Both the position numbers and the translations under genes were made by a program. Below are positions 9,662 to 18,161 of a DNA stretch of 22,203 nucleotides, piece by piece; within the stretch, counting starts at the first letter, position 1, and each line of letters begins with the position of its first letter. The notes beneath the pieces are model-generated. The model did no database searches and had not been told where the DNA came from. It saw only the letters and a list, made by a program, of their open reading frames with translations. The DNA is from Abditibacteriaceae bacterium (GTDB taxonomy: Bacteria; Armatimonadota; Abditibacteriia; Abditibacteriales; Abditibacteriaceae): contig JANMKN010000136.1 of assembly GCA_031372065.1 (NCBI GenBank), positions 1 through 22,203 on the forward strand. The letters run 5' to 3'.

Positions 9662-10939
9662 ATGAACAGGCACTGCGCGCCGAAACTTACGCGCCGTCAT
9701 TTTATTCGCTCGACCTCGGCGCTGTTGGCTTTGCCGTGGCTCGAAAGCATAGCCGGCGCGCAAGGTGCGCCACCGCCGCGCCGCATCGTCAACATCTGCA
9801 CTGCCTTTGGTTTGTATGGCCCGTCGTTTTTTCCGGAAGCGTCGGGGCGCGACTATGCGCCCAGCGAATACTTACAAATCCTCGACGGCTTGCGCCAGCA
9901 TTACACGGTATTTTCGGGTATTTCGCATCCCGATATCGGCGGCGACCACGCTTCGGAAGCGTGTTTTCTCACGACGGCCAAGCACCCCACCCAGAGCGGG
10001 TTTCGCAACAGCGTTTCGCTGGATTATCTGGCCGCCAAGCACGTGGCCGGCGCCACGCGCTTTCCTCTGCTAACACTTTCTACACTGGACGATAGTCCTC
10101 TGACGCACGCGCCCAGCGGCGCCGGGATTCCTGCCCTGAGCAAGCCGTCCGATATCTATGCCCGCCTGTTTTTGGCGGGCAATAAAAACGACGTTGACCG
10201 CGAACTGGCCCGCCTCAAGCGCGGCCAGAGCGTGCTGGACAACATGGGATCAAGGTTTAGCGAACTCAACAAAACTCTCAGCCACAGCGACCAGCAGCAG
10301 GTAAGCGACTACACCGACGCCGTGCGCGAGATGGAAAAACAGCTTCAGGCCGACGAGGCGTGGGTGAACCGTCCGAAGCCGAAAGTGGATGAGCCGCAAC
10401 CCAACGAAAATTATCCCAGCCCGTTTTCGGATCGCAGCGACAGCATAGGCCGCGCCAAGGTGCTGCTCAATCTCACCAAGCTGGCACTGCAAACCGATTC
10501 CACGCGTGTGGTAACGCTGTTTATTCGCGGCATGGATCTCACGCCACCGATTCCAGGCATCACCGAGAACCATCACGGTCTTACGCATCACGGGCGCAAT
10601 CCGGCCAAAATCGAACAACTACGCATCGTCGAACGCTCCGAAGTGACGGCTTTTCGCGATTTTCTGGTGGCGATGCGCGATACAAGGGAAGGCGGTGCCA
10701 GCCTGCTGGACAGCACGCAGGTGCTTATTGGTAGCAATCTCGGTGATGCCAGCGGCCACGGCACCTCCAACCTGCCGATTCTGCTGGCGGGTGGCGGCTA
10801 CAAACATGGCCAGCACATTGCCGGCGACCCGAAGGACAACACGCCGCTGGGCAAGTTGTTCGTTAGCATGTTGCAACGCTTCGGCGCCGAAACAGACGCC
10901 TTCGGTTCGGGCGCCGGAACGATTACAGGACTGGCTTGA
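9662..10939 (+). CDS. DUF1552 family protein
   Basis: LTRRHFIR..LALPWLES N-terminus, SVSLDYLAA, SVLD, LALQTDSTRVVT, HHGLTHHG, NLPILLAGG. Confidence 0.88.
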   Translation: MNRHCAPKLTRRHFIRSTSALLALPWLESIAGAQGAPPPRRIVNICTAFGLYGPSFFPEASGRDYAPSEYLQILDGLRQHYTVFSGISHPDIGGDHASEACFLTTAKHPTQSGFRNSVSLDYLAAKHVAGATRFPLLTLSTLDDSPLTHAPSGAGIPALSKPSDIYARLFLAGNKNDVDRELARLKRGQSVLDNMGSRFSELNKTLSHSDQQQVSDYTDAVREMEKQLQADEAWVNRPKPKVDEPQPNENYPSPFSDRSDSIGRAKVLLNLTKLALQTDSTRVVTLFIRGMDLTPPIPGITENHHGLTHHGRNPAKIEQLRIVERSEVTAFRDFLVAMRDTREGGASLLDSTQVLIGSNLGDASGHGTSNLPILLAGGGYKHGQHIAGDPKDNTPLGKLFVSMLQRFGAETDAFGSGAGTITGLA

Positions 10940-11100
10940 CACTCCGCACCGCTAAAGCGGCGGGATTCTCGCTTCAACCAGAATTGCTTGCCGTAGCAAG
11001 TCTGACATTCTGTCCACGAGCATTTTTCTTTTCCGAGTGCCCCTCGGCAAAGTTTCTAAAGGCTTCGTTCAAGATGTTTTGAGCCGCGTTATGGTCACGA
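10916..11100 (-). ncRNA. Predicted omegaRNA (reRNA) of this TnpB; guide about GCCAGTCCTGTAATCGTTCC
   Basis: Established TnpB architecture: the scaffold overlaps the tnpB 3' end and right end, and the guide is the flank beyond TCAA. The 5' boundary is approximate. Confidence 0.6.
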
Positions 11101-12155
11101 TTGTGAGTTACGCCACAATCACACAACCAAACTCTATCCGACAGTGTGAGCGCATCGTTTATCGCGCCACAGCATCGGCACATCTTGGAACTGGGAAACC
11201 ATCGGCTTATCACAACCAGATGCCGCCGGTTCCAACTGCATTTGTATTCCAACTGGCGGCGCAATTCGCCCAACGAGGCATCAAGAACGCTTTTACTGAG
11301 ACGCTTGTTTTTCGCAATCCCTTTGACGTTCAAATTTTCGATGCCGATAAAGTCGAATCGCTGCACCAAATCGGAAGTCGTCTTATGCACAAAATCAGCA
11401 CGGCTATTGGCAACCTTGCGATGCACTTTCGCCACGCGCAATTTAGCATCGTCACGGCGATTACTACCCGCCTTGCGCCGTGCCAGAACTCGTTGCGCCT
11501 TACCCAATTTCTTTTCGAGTTTGCGAAACAAGCGCGGCGCGGGCGTGCTTTCGCCGTTCGACAAGAAAACAAAATCCTTCAATCCGGCATCCACGCCGAT
11601 AGGATTCTCTGGCGGCGCAACAGCCGTATCCGGCATTTCAAACTCTGCCGTGAGTGCCACAAACCAGTCACCGCAAGCATCGCGCTTAAATGTTGCGCTC
11701 TTAGTTTCGCCTTCAATTTCTTGCGATTGGCGAATGCGAATCCACCCGATTTTTGGGCAATAGACTTTGCTCCCGCCCAAAGGGCACCCGTCAACTTTCA
11801 CCCGCTGCGGAATGCGAAACGCGAAGTGTCCGGCTTTGCGGCTTTTGAACTTTGGAAACTTGCCGCGTTTGGCAAAGAAACTTTGAAAGGCTTTGTCCAC
11901 ATCTTTCAACGCCTGTTGCAAAAGCTGCGAATCCGCCTCTTGGAGCCACAAGCGGTCTTCCTGCTTTTTAAGTTGCGTCAACTCTTGCGACAGTTGCGCT
12001 GCGGGAATTGTCTTGCCGTTGGCTTTGTAGAACTCGTTGCGCCTTGCCAGCGCCCAGTTGCAAACGAAACGACGCGCACCCGCAAGCTGATACAGCTTTT
12101 GAGTTTGTTCGGCGTTCGGTTCCAATTTAAAGCGATAGGCACGGCGCAGTTTCAT
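10974..12155 (-). CDS. tnpB: RNA-guided endonuclease TnpB
   Basis: AYRFKLEPN HTH, RuvC-I GVDAG, RuvC-II IENL, zinc finger CRCC..CDC and RuvC-III NRDHNAAQNI. The D-E-D triad is intact. Confidence 0.95.
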   Translation of the reverse strand: MKLRRAYRFKLEPNAEQTQKLYQLAGARRFVCNWALARRNEFYKANGKTIPAAQLSQELTQLKKQEDRLWLQEADSQLLQQALKDVDKAFQSFFAKRGKFPKFKSRKAGHFAFRIPQRVKVDGCPLGGSKVYCPKIGWIRIRQSQEIEGETKSATFKRDACGDWFVALTAEFEMPDTAVAPPENPIGVDAGLKDFVFLSNGESTPAPRLFRKLEKKLGKAQRVLARRKAGSNRRDDAKLRVAKVHRKVANSRADFVHKTTSDLVQRFDFIGIENLNVKGIAKNKRLSKSVLDASLGELRRQLEYKCSWNRRHLVVISRWFPSSKMCRCCGAINDALTLSDRVWLCDCGVTHNRDHNAAQNILNEAFRNFAEGHSEKKNARGQNVRLATASNSG

Positions 12156-12286
12156 TTTGCTTTCTTCGATTCTTTACGAATCAGGAACTCCAACATACTT
12201 GCTTGGCTGAGTCCATTTTTCTCAGCCAGTTCTTTGAGCAGGCGGTTCGCCTCTTCGCTCAAACGAAAACTTGTTGCCTTTTTCAT
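12152..12286 (-). CDS. 44-aa ribbon-helix-helix (CopG-like) protein, not in the ORF track
   Basis: MKKATSFRLSEEANRLLKELAEKNGLSQASMLEFLIRKESKKAK. Its stop overlaps the tnpB start (ATGA). TACACT lies 7 nt before the ATG, suggesting a leaderless transcript. Confidence 0.8.
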   Translation of the reverse strand: MKKATSFRLSEEANRLLKELAEKNGLSQASMLEFLIRKESKKAK

Positions 12287-12416
12287 AAGGCTTAGTGTAG
12301 CGCAATACGCGGCACACTACAGCCCGTCCTGAAAGGACGGCGGGCTATCCATCCCCCCGCTAAAGCGGGAGGCTTTCCGCCCGTTGTGTGTAACTTCGCT
12401 CCATTTCCCCACCACA

Positions 12417-14861
12417 ATGAACAGATTCTCGCGCCGGCCATGGTTATTTTGTCTTTTCGGGTTAGTTGTCTACGCCGTTCCGGCTTTCGCCGCCGATGAC
12501 GCCGCCAAAACTTTCGCGGCGCGCGTGCAGCCGATAATCGCGGCGAACTGCGTAAAGTGTCACGGCGCGCAAAAGCCCAAAGCCAAGCTGAATCTCAGCG
12601 GCGTGCGCACGCTGGAGAGTCTCGCGGGCGAAGCGGATACGTGGTCTCGCGTGCAGCAGCAAATCGAGAACGGCACCATGCCACCCGAAGGCCAAAAGGC
12701 GCTAACACCCGCGCAGCGCAAGGCGATATCGAGCTGGATTGACGGCGACCTGCTCCGGCATCTGGCCAGCGTGCAGCAGAAGGAAGGGCGCGGCAAATTT
12801 CGGCGGCTCAACCGTATGGAATACGCCAACACGGTTTATGATCTGCTTGGTATTCGCCCGCCGGTGATTCGCGACTTGCCCGGCGAAGGCCGCGTGGATG
12901 GCTATGACAAAGTCAGCGTCGCACTGCCACTTTCGGCTGTCGGGGCGGCAGGATATGTGAAAATCGCCGAAGACATCGTGAACCACATGCTGCTGCCCTA
13001 TAGACAGAGCGACCGCACCTTTCGGCTGTGGGCGCATCCCAGCGAACAATCGAAAGGGCACATCCTCGAACTGGAAGACGGCACGATGGTGTCGTTCAAC
13101 TCCGACAGCACCTCCGGGCCTTTGCGGCCCAAGAATCCCGACGGCAAGTTCGGTGGTTTTCCCGGCCCGCGCGTGCCCGGTCTGCATCACCTCAAAATCT
13201 CGGTCTACGGCTATCAAACCGACAAGCCGCTGGCTTTTGGCATCTATGCCGGGCACGTTTGGGCTTATCCGCAAATCATCGAACTGTTGAAGGTTTTAGA
13301 AGCGCCACCCGGCAAACCCGCCGTGCTGGAAACCGACGTTTATCTGCGCACGGGCTGGAACAGCGATCTGCCCAGCGACGACGGCATTCGGCTGGTGCCG
13401 TTCGGCCTGGGCGTGCCGGTGCCGAAAAACTCGCAGGCCAGCGCCTGCAAAGCGCCGGGCCTCGCCGTGCAATGGGTAGATGTCGAAGAACCCGAAATGC
13501 CACTGCCTGGTGACCGCTGGCTTCTGGCCGACATTCCCCCGGAGATGCAGGAACAGTTGCGGCGTGGCGCCACGCTCAAAACCGCGAAGCTGGCGCGCGA
13601 GGAGTTTCTGGCGGCGATGCGCACCACCTTCGCGCGGCTGGGTGCGCGGTTTTTCCGGCGCGACCTCTCCGAAGCGGAACTGGCCAAAATCATCAGCGCC
13701 ATTGGCGCTGACATTGACGGCGACGCGCGGCTGGATACGGCGATGCGCGAACAGATCATGGCTCTAATGACCGCACCGGATTTTTTGTGCGTCGTCGAGC
13801 AGCCGGGCAAGCTGAACGATTTCGCGCTGGCTTCGCGGTTGGCGTATTTTCTGTGGAACTCCACGCCCGACGCAGAGTTGTTGAATCTGGCGCGGCAGGG
13901 CCGGCTTTCCGATCCCAAAGTGCTACGTGATCAGACCGAGCGGCTGTTGAATGACGCGAAGTCCGAGCGATTCGCCAAAGACTTCGTTGATCAATGGCTG
14001 GGGCTGCGCATGATTAACGACACTTCGCCCGATTCCGCGCTCTATCCCGAATACGGCGAGCTGCTGAAAATCTCCAGTGTGATGGAGACGCAGGCCACGT
14101 TTGCTCGCATCGTGCAGAAAAACCGCAGCGTGCGCGACTTCGTGGCACCAAATTGGGCGTTGATTAACGAGCGTCTGGCGCAACACTACGCTGTGCCCGA
14201 AGTCAGCGGCTTTGCGCTACGCGAAGTGGCGCTGCCCCAAGACTCGCCCTACGGCGGATTCTGGACGCAGTCGGCCACCATGAAAGTGACGGCCAACGGC
14301 ACCGGCACCTCGCCGGTGAAACGTGGCGTCTGGGTTTCCGAGCGACTGCTGGGCATCCATATTCCGCCGCCGCCGCCCTCGGTGGAGCCGATCAATCCTG
14401 ATACTCGCGGCGCCAAAACCCTGCGCGAACAACTGGCGCTGCACAGCAGTAAAGGCTCATGCCAGAGCTGCCACGCCCGCTTCGACCCCTACGGCTTCGC
14501 ACTGGAAAGCTTCGATGTGACCGGCGCGTTTCGCACCAACTACCGCGTGAGCGACCCGGATGCCAAAGTGCCGGGCACTAGGAAGTGGAAAGACGGCCTG
14601 CCGGTTGACTGCACCGGCACAACGCCCGACGGCGCCGCTTTCAACGGCGTGCGCGAACTTCGCCAACTACTGGCGCGCAAACCCGAACTACTGGCGCGCG
14701 GCGTGATGCGGCATCTGGTGACCTACGCCACCGGCGTGCCGTCCGGGCGACTTGACGAACCGGCCATCGAAGCCATCGTCGCCAAATCCGCACTCGACGA
14801 TTATGGCCTGCGTTCGCTCATCCACAACGTGGTGCAAAGCGAGTTGTTTCGCAACAAGTGA
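12417..14861 (+). CDS. Secreted planctomycete-type cytochrome c / DUF1587-DUF1592-DUF1588-DUF1585 protein
   Basis: Signal peptide, CVKCH, RRLNRMEYANT, LASRLAYFLWNSTPD, TSPVKRGVWV, CQSCH..DPYGFALESFD. The start is placed at ATG 12417 because 12384 lies inside the IS left end. Confidence 0.9.
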   Translation: MNRFSRRPWLFCLFGLVVYAVPAFAADDAAKTFAARVQPIIAANCVKCHGAQKPKAKLNLSGVRTLESLAGEADTWSRVQQQIENGTMPPEGQKALTPAQRKAISSWIDGDLLRHLASVQQKEGRGKFRRLNRMEYANTVYDLLGIRPPVIRDLPGEGRVDGYDKVSVALPLSAVGAAGYVKIAEDIVNHMLLPYRQSDRTFRLWAHPSEQSKGHILELEDGTMVSFNSDSTSGPLRPKNPDGKFGGFPGPRVPGLHHLKISVYGYQTDKPLAFGIYAGHVWAYPQIIELLKVLEAPPGKPAVLETDVYLRTGWNSDLPSDDGIRLVPFGLGVPVPKNSQASACKAPGLAVQWVDVEEPEMPLPGDRWLLADIPPEMQEQLRRGATLKTAKLAREEFLAAMRTTFARLGARFFRRDLSEAELAKIISAIGADIDGDARLDTAMREQIMALMTAPDFLCVVEQPGKLNDFALASRLAYFLWNSTPDAELLNLARQGRLSDPKVLRDQTERLLNDAKSERFAKDFVDQWLGLRMINDTSPDSALYPEYGELLKISSVMETQATFARIVQKNRSVRDFVAPNWALINERLAQHYAVPEVSGFALREVALPQDSPYGGFWTQSATMKVTANGTGTSPVKRGVWVSERLLGIHIPPPPPSVEPINPDTRGAKTLREQLALHSSKGSCQSCHARFDPYGFALESFDVTGAFRTNYRVSDPDAKVPGTRKWKDGLPVDCTGTTPDGAAFNGVRELRQLLARKPELLARGVMRHLVTYATGVPSGRLDEPAIEAIVAKSALDDYGLRSLIHNVVQSELFRNK

Positions 14862-14881
14862 AGACTTTAGAAGACTTTATA

Positions 14882-15901
14882 TGTGTGATTCATAGACCTC
14901 CTTTCAATTAAAATGGAAGGCATGGAAGCCGAGATCAGGCAGCGATTGCGCTGGATCCAACTTTATCAACAGACCGGGAATGCAGGTTTGGTCTGTCTTA
15001 GATGCGGCATCTCTCGTCCGACTTTGCGGCTGTGGTGGCGGCGCTACCAGGAGCAGGGTATTGAGGGGTTAGCCAACCAAAGTTCACGCCCTCACACCTC
15101 GCCAGCCAAGAAGACTTTTGAAACGCAAGAAGAATGGATTTCCCAACTGCGCAAACGGCGTATAGGAGCGCGACGCATTCAAAGTGAGTTGCTGCGTCAG
15201 CATGACTGCTCACTCGCCTTGGCCACCATTCACAAGGTGCTTCTCAGACAGCAACAACCGCCCCTGAAAGCCAGCCGCCGTCCTCGCCACCTTGTTCATC
15301 GCTACACACGCGAAGTGCCGGGCGAACGAGTGCAAATGGATACCTGCAAGATCGCACCAGGGCTTTATCAATACACATCTGTGGATGATTGCACTCGTTT
15401 TCGAGTGCTGGCTCTCTACTCGCGCCGCACGGCAGCTAACACGCTTTGTTTTCTGGAGCGTGTCATTGAGGAGATGCCATTTCCAGTGCAGCGCATTCAA
15501 ACAGATCGGGGCCGCGAGTTTTTTGCCTATTCTGTCCAAGAGCAACTGATGGCTTATGGCATCAAGTTTCGTCCGATTAAGCCTCGGTCTCCGCACTTAA
15601 ATGGAAAGGTTGAGCGCTCACAAAAAACGGATTGGGAGGAATTTTATTCAACGGTGGATTTGGATCGTTCCGACTTAGAACAGAAGTTGGAGGAGTGGCA
15701 GGATTACTACAACCAGGATCGGCCTCACGGGTCGTTGCGTGGCAAAACACCGTGGGAACGATGGTGTGAACTGCTCCACCAAACGCCCTACCAAGATGAG
15801 GTTGAAGCATTGTATGACCCCTCTCAAGAACGCCTTCAACACCAAGATTATCGCCTCGATTTACAACTGCGAAAATTGAAAGAAGGTCTGTGAATCACAC
15901 A
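14882..15901 (+). mobile_element. IS481-family element
   Basis: 28-bp inverted repeats, TGTGTGATTCATAGACCTCCTTTCAATT (14882-14909) versus 15874-15901, 26/28 identical, with TGT...ACA ends. No target duplication (TTTATA / ACTTAG). Confidence 0.92.
14913..15893 (+). CDS. IS481 transposase, apparently intact
   Basis: N-terminal HTH, DDE motifs VQMD, IQTDRGREF and NGKVERSQ, and YNQDRPHGSL. Confidence 0.92.
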   Translation: MEGMEAEIRQRLRWIQLYQQTGNAGLVCLRCGISRPTLRLWWRRYQEQGIEGLANQSSRPHTSPAKKTFETQEEWISQLRKRRIGARRIQSELLRQHDCSLALATIHKVLLRQQQPPLKASRRPRHLVHRYTREVPGERVQMDTCKIAPGLYQYTSVDDCTRFRVLALYSRRTAANTLCFLERVIEEMPFPVQRIQTDRGREFFAYSVQEQLMAYGIKFRPIKPRSPHLNGKVERSQKTDWEEFYSTVDLDRSDLEQKLEEWQDYYNQDRPHGSLRGKTPWERWCELLHQTPYQDEVEALYDPSQERLQHQDYRLDLQLRKLKEGL

Positions 15902-16008
15902 ACTTAGCGCGTATTAGTGGTTATATCAGCGACGACGAATAGCCCGTGCCAGATAGCCCGTGCTGGACAGGAACTCGTATATCGTTCCAACTCAATCGGC
16001 TCATTGAT

Positions 16009-16425
16009 TTAACCTTCTGTCGTGGTTGGTGCTTCGATTTCTGTTTGCTCTGTCTGGCCGGCTGCTGGTGTAGGCGTATAATCCACCGTCGCCGCTAATG
16101 CGCTTAAAATGGCTTGCAATTTCGTCGCGTTGACGGTGCCCAATTTATCCACAAAGCGCACCGTATCAAGCGCCCGCGTTTGTCCAGCGTCGGCGGTGCT
16201 GTCTTTGGTTAATCCGTTTTGCGCGTCGGGTGGGATCGGCACACACCACGCCATGAATGTGTGTTCTGGCTTGAAGTGCATAATTGGCGCGCATAAGCGA
16301 ATGGTGGGGCGTCCGTTGGGCGGCTCACTCAAAACCACTACGGGCCGCGTTTTTCCCTGTTCACTGCCGCGCACCGGCTCAAGATTCGCCCGCCAAATTT
16401 CGCCACGCTTCGGTTTTGGTGTCAT
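16009..16425 (-). CDS. mazF: PemK/MazF family toxin
   Basis: KRGEIWRANLEPVRGSEQGKTRPVVVLS...NGLTKDS...QTRALD..RF..KLG. Confidence 0.9.
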   Translation of the reverse strand: MTPKPKRGEIWRANLEPVRGSEQGKTRPVVVLSEPPNGRPTIRLCAPIMHFKPEHTFMAWCVPIPPDAQNGLTKDSTADAGQTRALDTVRFVDKLGTVNATKLQAILSALAATVDYTPTPAAGQTEQTEIEAPTTTEG

Positions 16426-16910
16426 GTTGTAGCGGTTTTACGCTGGGCTTGCTCGCCGCGAAACTGGGCTTCTTCTTCCTCGGTATAATAGTCGCCCAAA
16501 TCGTCGTGGAATGGCTCACCATCCAACGCCCGCCAATCGGCTAATTCGGCATCGCCTTCGAGCGTGGCATAATAGCGTTCTGCGACTTCGGCGCTGCGTT
16601 GCATCACAAGCAAGCGCGCTGCTGGGGATGCTTTGCCAAGTGCGATAAGGGCCAAGTCGCGGCGCTTGTCGTCTCCACTCAGCATAGCGGCCCAAATTTC
16701 GTTAGCCTCACCTAACGCTGGCGAAGCTGAAGACTTGTTTTCGTTGTGGTGGGCGGGCGTTGGCTCGTATAAGGCGCTTTCCGGCACGCGCCATAATTTG
16801 CCACGCTTGATGCCACGCAACGAACCTTCACGCAACTGACGGCGCACGCTGGCCGGATGGATTTGTAACCGTGTGGCTACTTGGTCAATGGTTAAAAGGG
16901 TGTCTGCCAT
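16422..16910 (-). CDS. Excisionase-like HTH protein, putative antitoxin of MazF
   Basis: HTH_17 N-terminus, acidic C-terminus (ELADWRALDGEPF), ATGA overlap with mazF, and AGGAG upstream. Confidence 0.75.
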   Translation of the reverse strand: MADTLLTIDQVATRLQIHPASVRRQLREGSLRGIKRGKLWRVPESALYEPTPAHHNENKSSASPALGEANEIWAAMLSGDDKRRDLALIALGKASPAARLLVMQRSAEVAERYYATLEGDAELADWRALDGEPFHDDLGDYYTEEEEAQFRGEQAQRKTATT

Positions 16911-17122
16911 GATTCACTCTCCTGTGCATAATGTTACACAAAATTACAGAAAAGGCCAATTTTAGGCACTTTAGGCAGTAAATAACGCAATTTCACCAAA
17001 TTCCGCCAAATAGGTTGATATTTCCGTAAATCAAATTTTTTACAATTGGTGATCCCATTGGGAACATCCTTGTGCTATGATACTCTGATGGTAAGAGAGT
17101 CAGAGATTAAGAGGATCACACT

Positions 17123-17431
17123 ATGAAATCCAACACCGCCCAAAAACAAAAAGAAGAGCGCTTGCACATTCGCACCTCGCCCACGCAAAAAGCCTTGCTA
17201 ACGCGGGCGGCCAAACGGCGGCACCTTAATGTGAGCCAGTTTGTTTTACAAACCTGTCTCGAAGCCGCCGAAAAGGTGATGCGTGAAGAAGAAGCCCTCA
17301 CCACAATTTTAGTCAGCGCCGAACAATACGACTGGTTGCTGCAAAAATTGGAAGAGCCGCCACAAGAATTGCCCGAACTGCGCCGCTTGTTAGGGGAAAC
17401 GCCAGTCTGGAAAAGCACCGCTCACGGTTGA
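17123..17431 (+). CDS. DUF1778 (TacA/AtaR-type) antitoxin
   Basis: KEERLHIRTS..QKALLTRAA...VSQFVL...AAEKV...LEEPP. An extended -10 (TGcTATGAT, 17073-17081) lies upstream. Confidence 0.9.
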   Translation: MKSNTAQKQKEERLHIRTSPTQKALLTRAAKRRHLNVSQFVLQTCLEAAEKVMREEEALTTILVSAEQYDWLLQKLEEPPQELPELRRLLGETPVWKSTAHG

Positions 17432-17442
17432 GCGTTTAAGCA

Positions 17443-17955
17443 ATGGCAGAATTTCCCTTCGCGGCTCCGACGGCACTAACAGCAGCCCACCAAGTAGAAA
17501 GCTTTGACTGTGGTAAAGCACCGCTCAATGAGTTCTTGCAGCGCTACGCTCTGACCAATGATCGCGCGGGGAGTGCGCGCACTTTCGTCGTGGCGACCAC
17601 GGAAAATGTTGTGGTGGGCTATTACAGTCTGGCCGCTGCCGCCGTCGCGTATGACGCCGCGCCGGAACGGGTCAAACAAGGACAGCCGCGCCATCCGATT
17701 CCGGCTATTCTGATGGCGCGCTTTGCCGTGGACCTAACGCAACAAGGGCAAGGCTTAGGACGGATGTTGTTTCGGGATGCGCTGTTGCGTTCTCTGAACA
17801 TCACGCAAGAGTTGGGCGCGCGGGTTTTTGCTGTGGATGCCAAAGACGACGAAGCCTTGCGATTTTATACCAAGTTCAACATGATGCGGGACCCGGTAGA
17901 CCCGCATCGCCTGTATCTGTTGTTCAAAGACATCAAAAAGATTTTAGCCCCATGA
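17443..17955 (+). CDS. GNAT-family toxin (TacT/AtaT type)
   Basis: FDCG..LNEFL, VGYYSLAA, PIPAILMARFAVD..QGQGLG, VDAKD. It lies directly after DUF1778. Confidence 0.9.
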   Translation: MAEFPFAAPTALTAAHQVESFDCGKAPLNEFLQRYALTNDRAGSARTFVVATTENVVVGYYSLAAAAVAYDAAPERVKQGQPRHPIPAILMARFAVDLTQQGQGLGRMLFRDALLRSLNITQELGARVFAVDAKDDEALRFYTKFNMMRDPVDPHRLYLLFKDIKKILAP

Positions 17956-18158
17956 GTCACAAAGACAGTCCCGAAACTCGTCAAGAAAGCCAAGGTGCAT
18001 CGGCTTCGCGTGAAAAAATCGCTGCCTTACAGACCGCTGAATATCTGCGCGAACGCGGACAGAGCGCTAATGCCAGTGATTTAGCGGCGGTGCTGGCGCT
18101 GGTGCCCGATGTCGAACCTGAAGAATACGACCGCTTTCCCTCGGCTCCGGCGCCTTAA
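17952..18158 (+). CDS. Antitoxin-like fragment (C-terminal half of a HicB-like/RHH antitoxin)
   Basis: EKIAAL.TAEYLRERG...VLALVPDVEPEEYD resembles C-termini of RHH antitoxins of PIN toxins (from memory). The DNA-binding part is absent. ATGA overlap with the GNAT gene. Confidence 0.5.
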   Translation: MSHKDSPETRQESQGASASREKIAALQTAEYLRERGQSANASDLAAVLALVPDVEPEEYDRFPSAPAP

Positions 18159-18161
18159 AAA

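Larger units (their letters stand above)
10936..12389 (-). mobile_element. Intact non-autonomous IS200/IS605 element (RHH + tnpB, no tnpA)
   Basis: Left end: target TTAC (plus gtaa 12390-12393), guide AAAG and hairpin CCCGC-TTTA-GCGGG. Right end: guide GAAT, hairpin CCGC-TTTA-GCGG and terminal TCAA (plus 10936-10939). These are the IS608 tetranucleotide pairs. Confidence 0.9.

Noticed and set aside
11037..12332. 431-aa plus-strand ORF (and 11146-11763)
   Set aside because: Antisense shadows of tnpB and the RHH gene, with no recognisable motifs.
14665..14699. 14-bp direct repeat in the DUF1592 gene
   Set aside because: It encodes LLAR twice with a 7-nt gap in an ordinary helical segment, so it was not counted as a tandem duplication.
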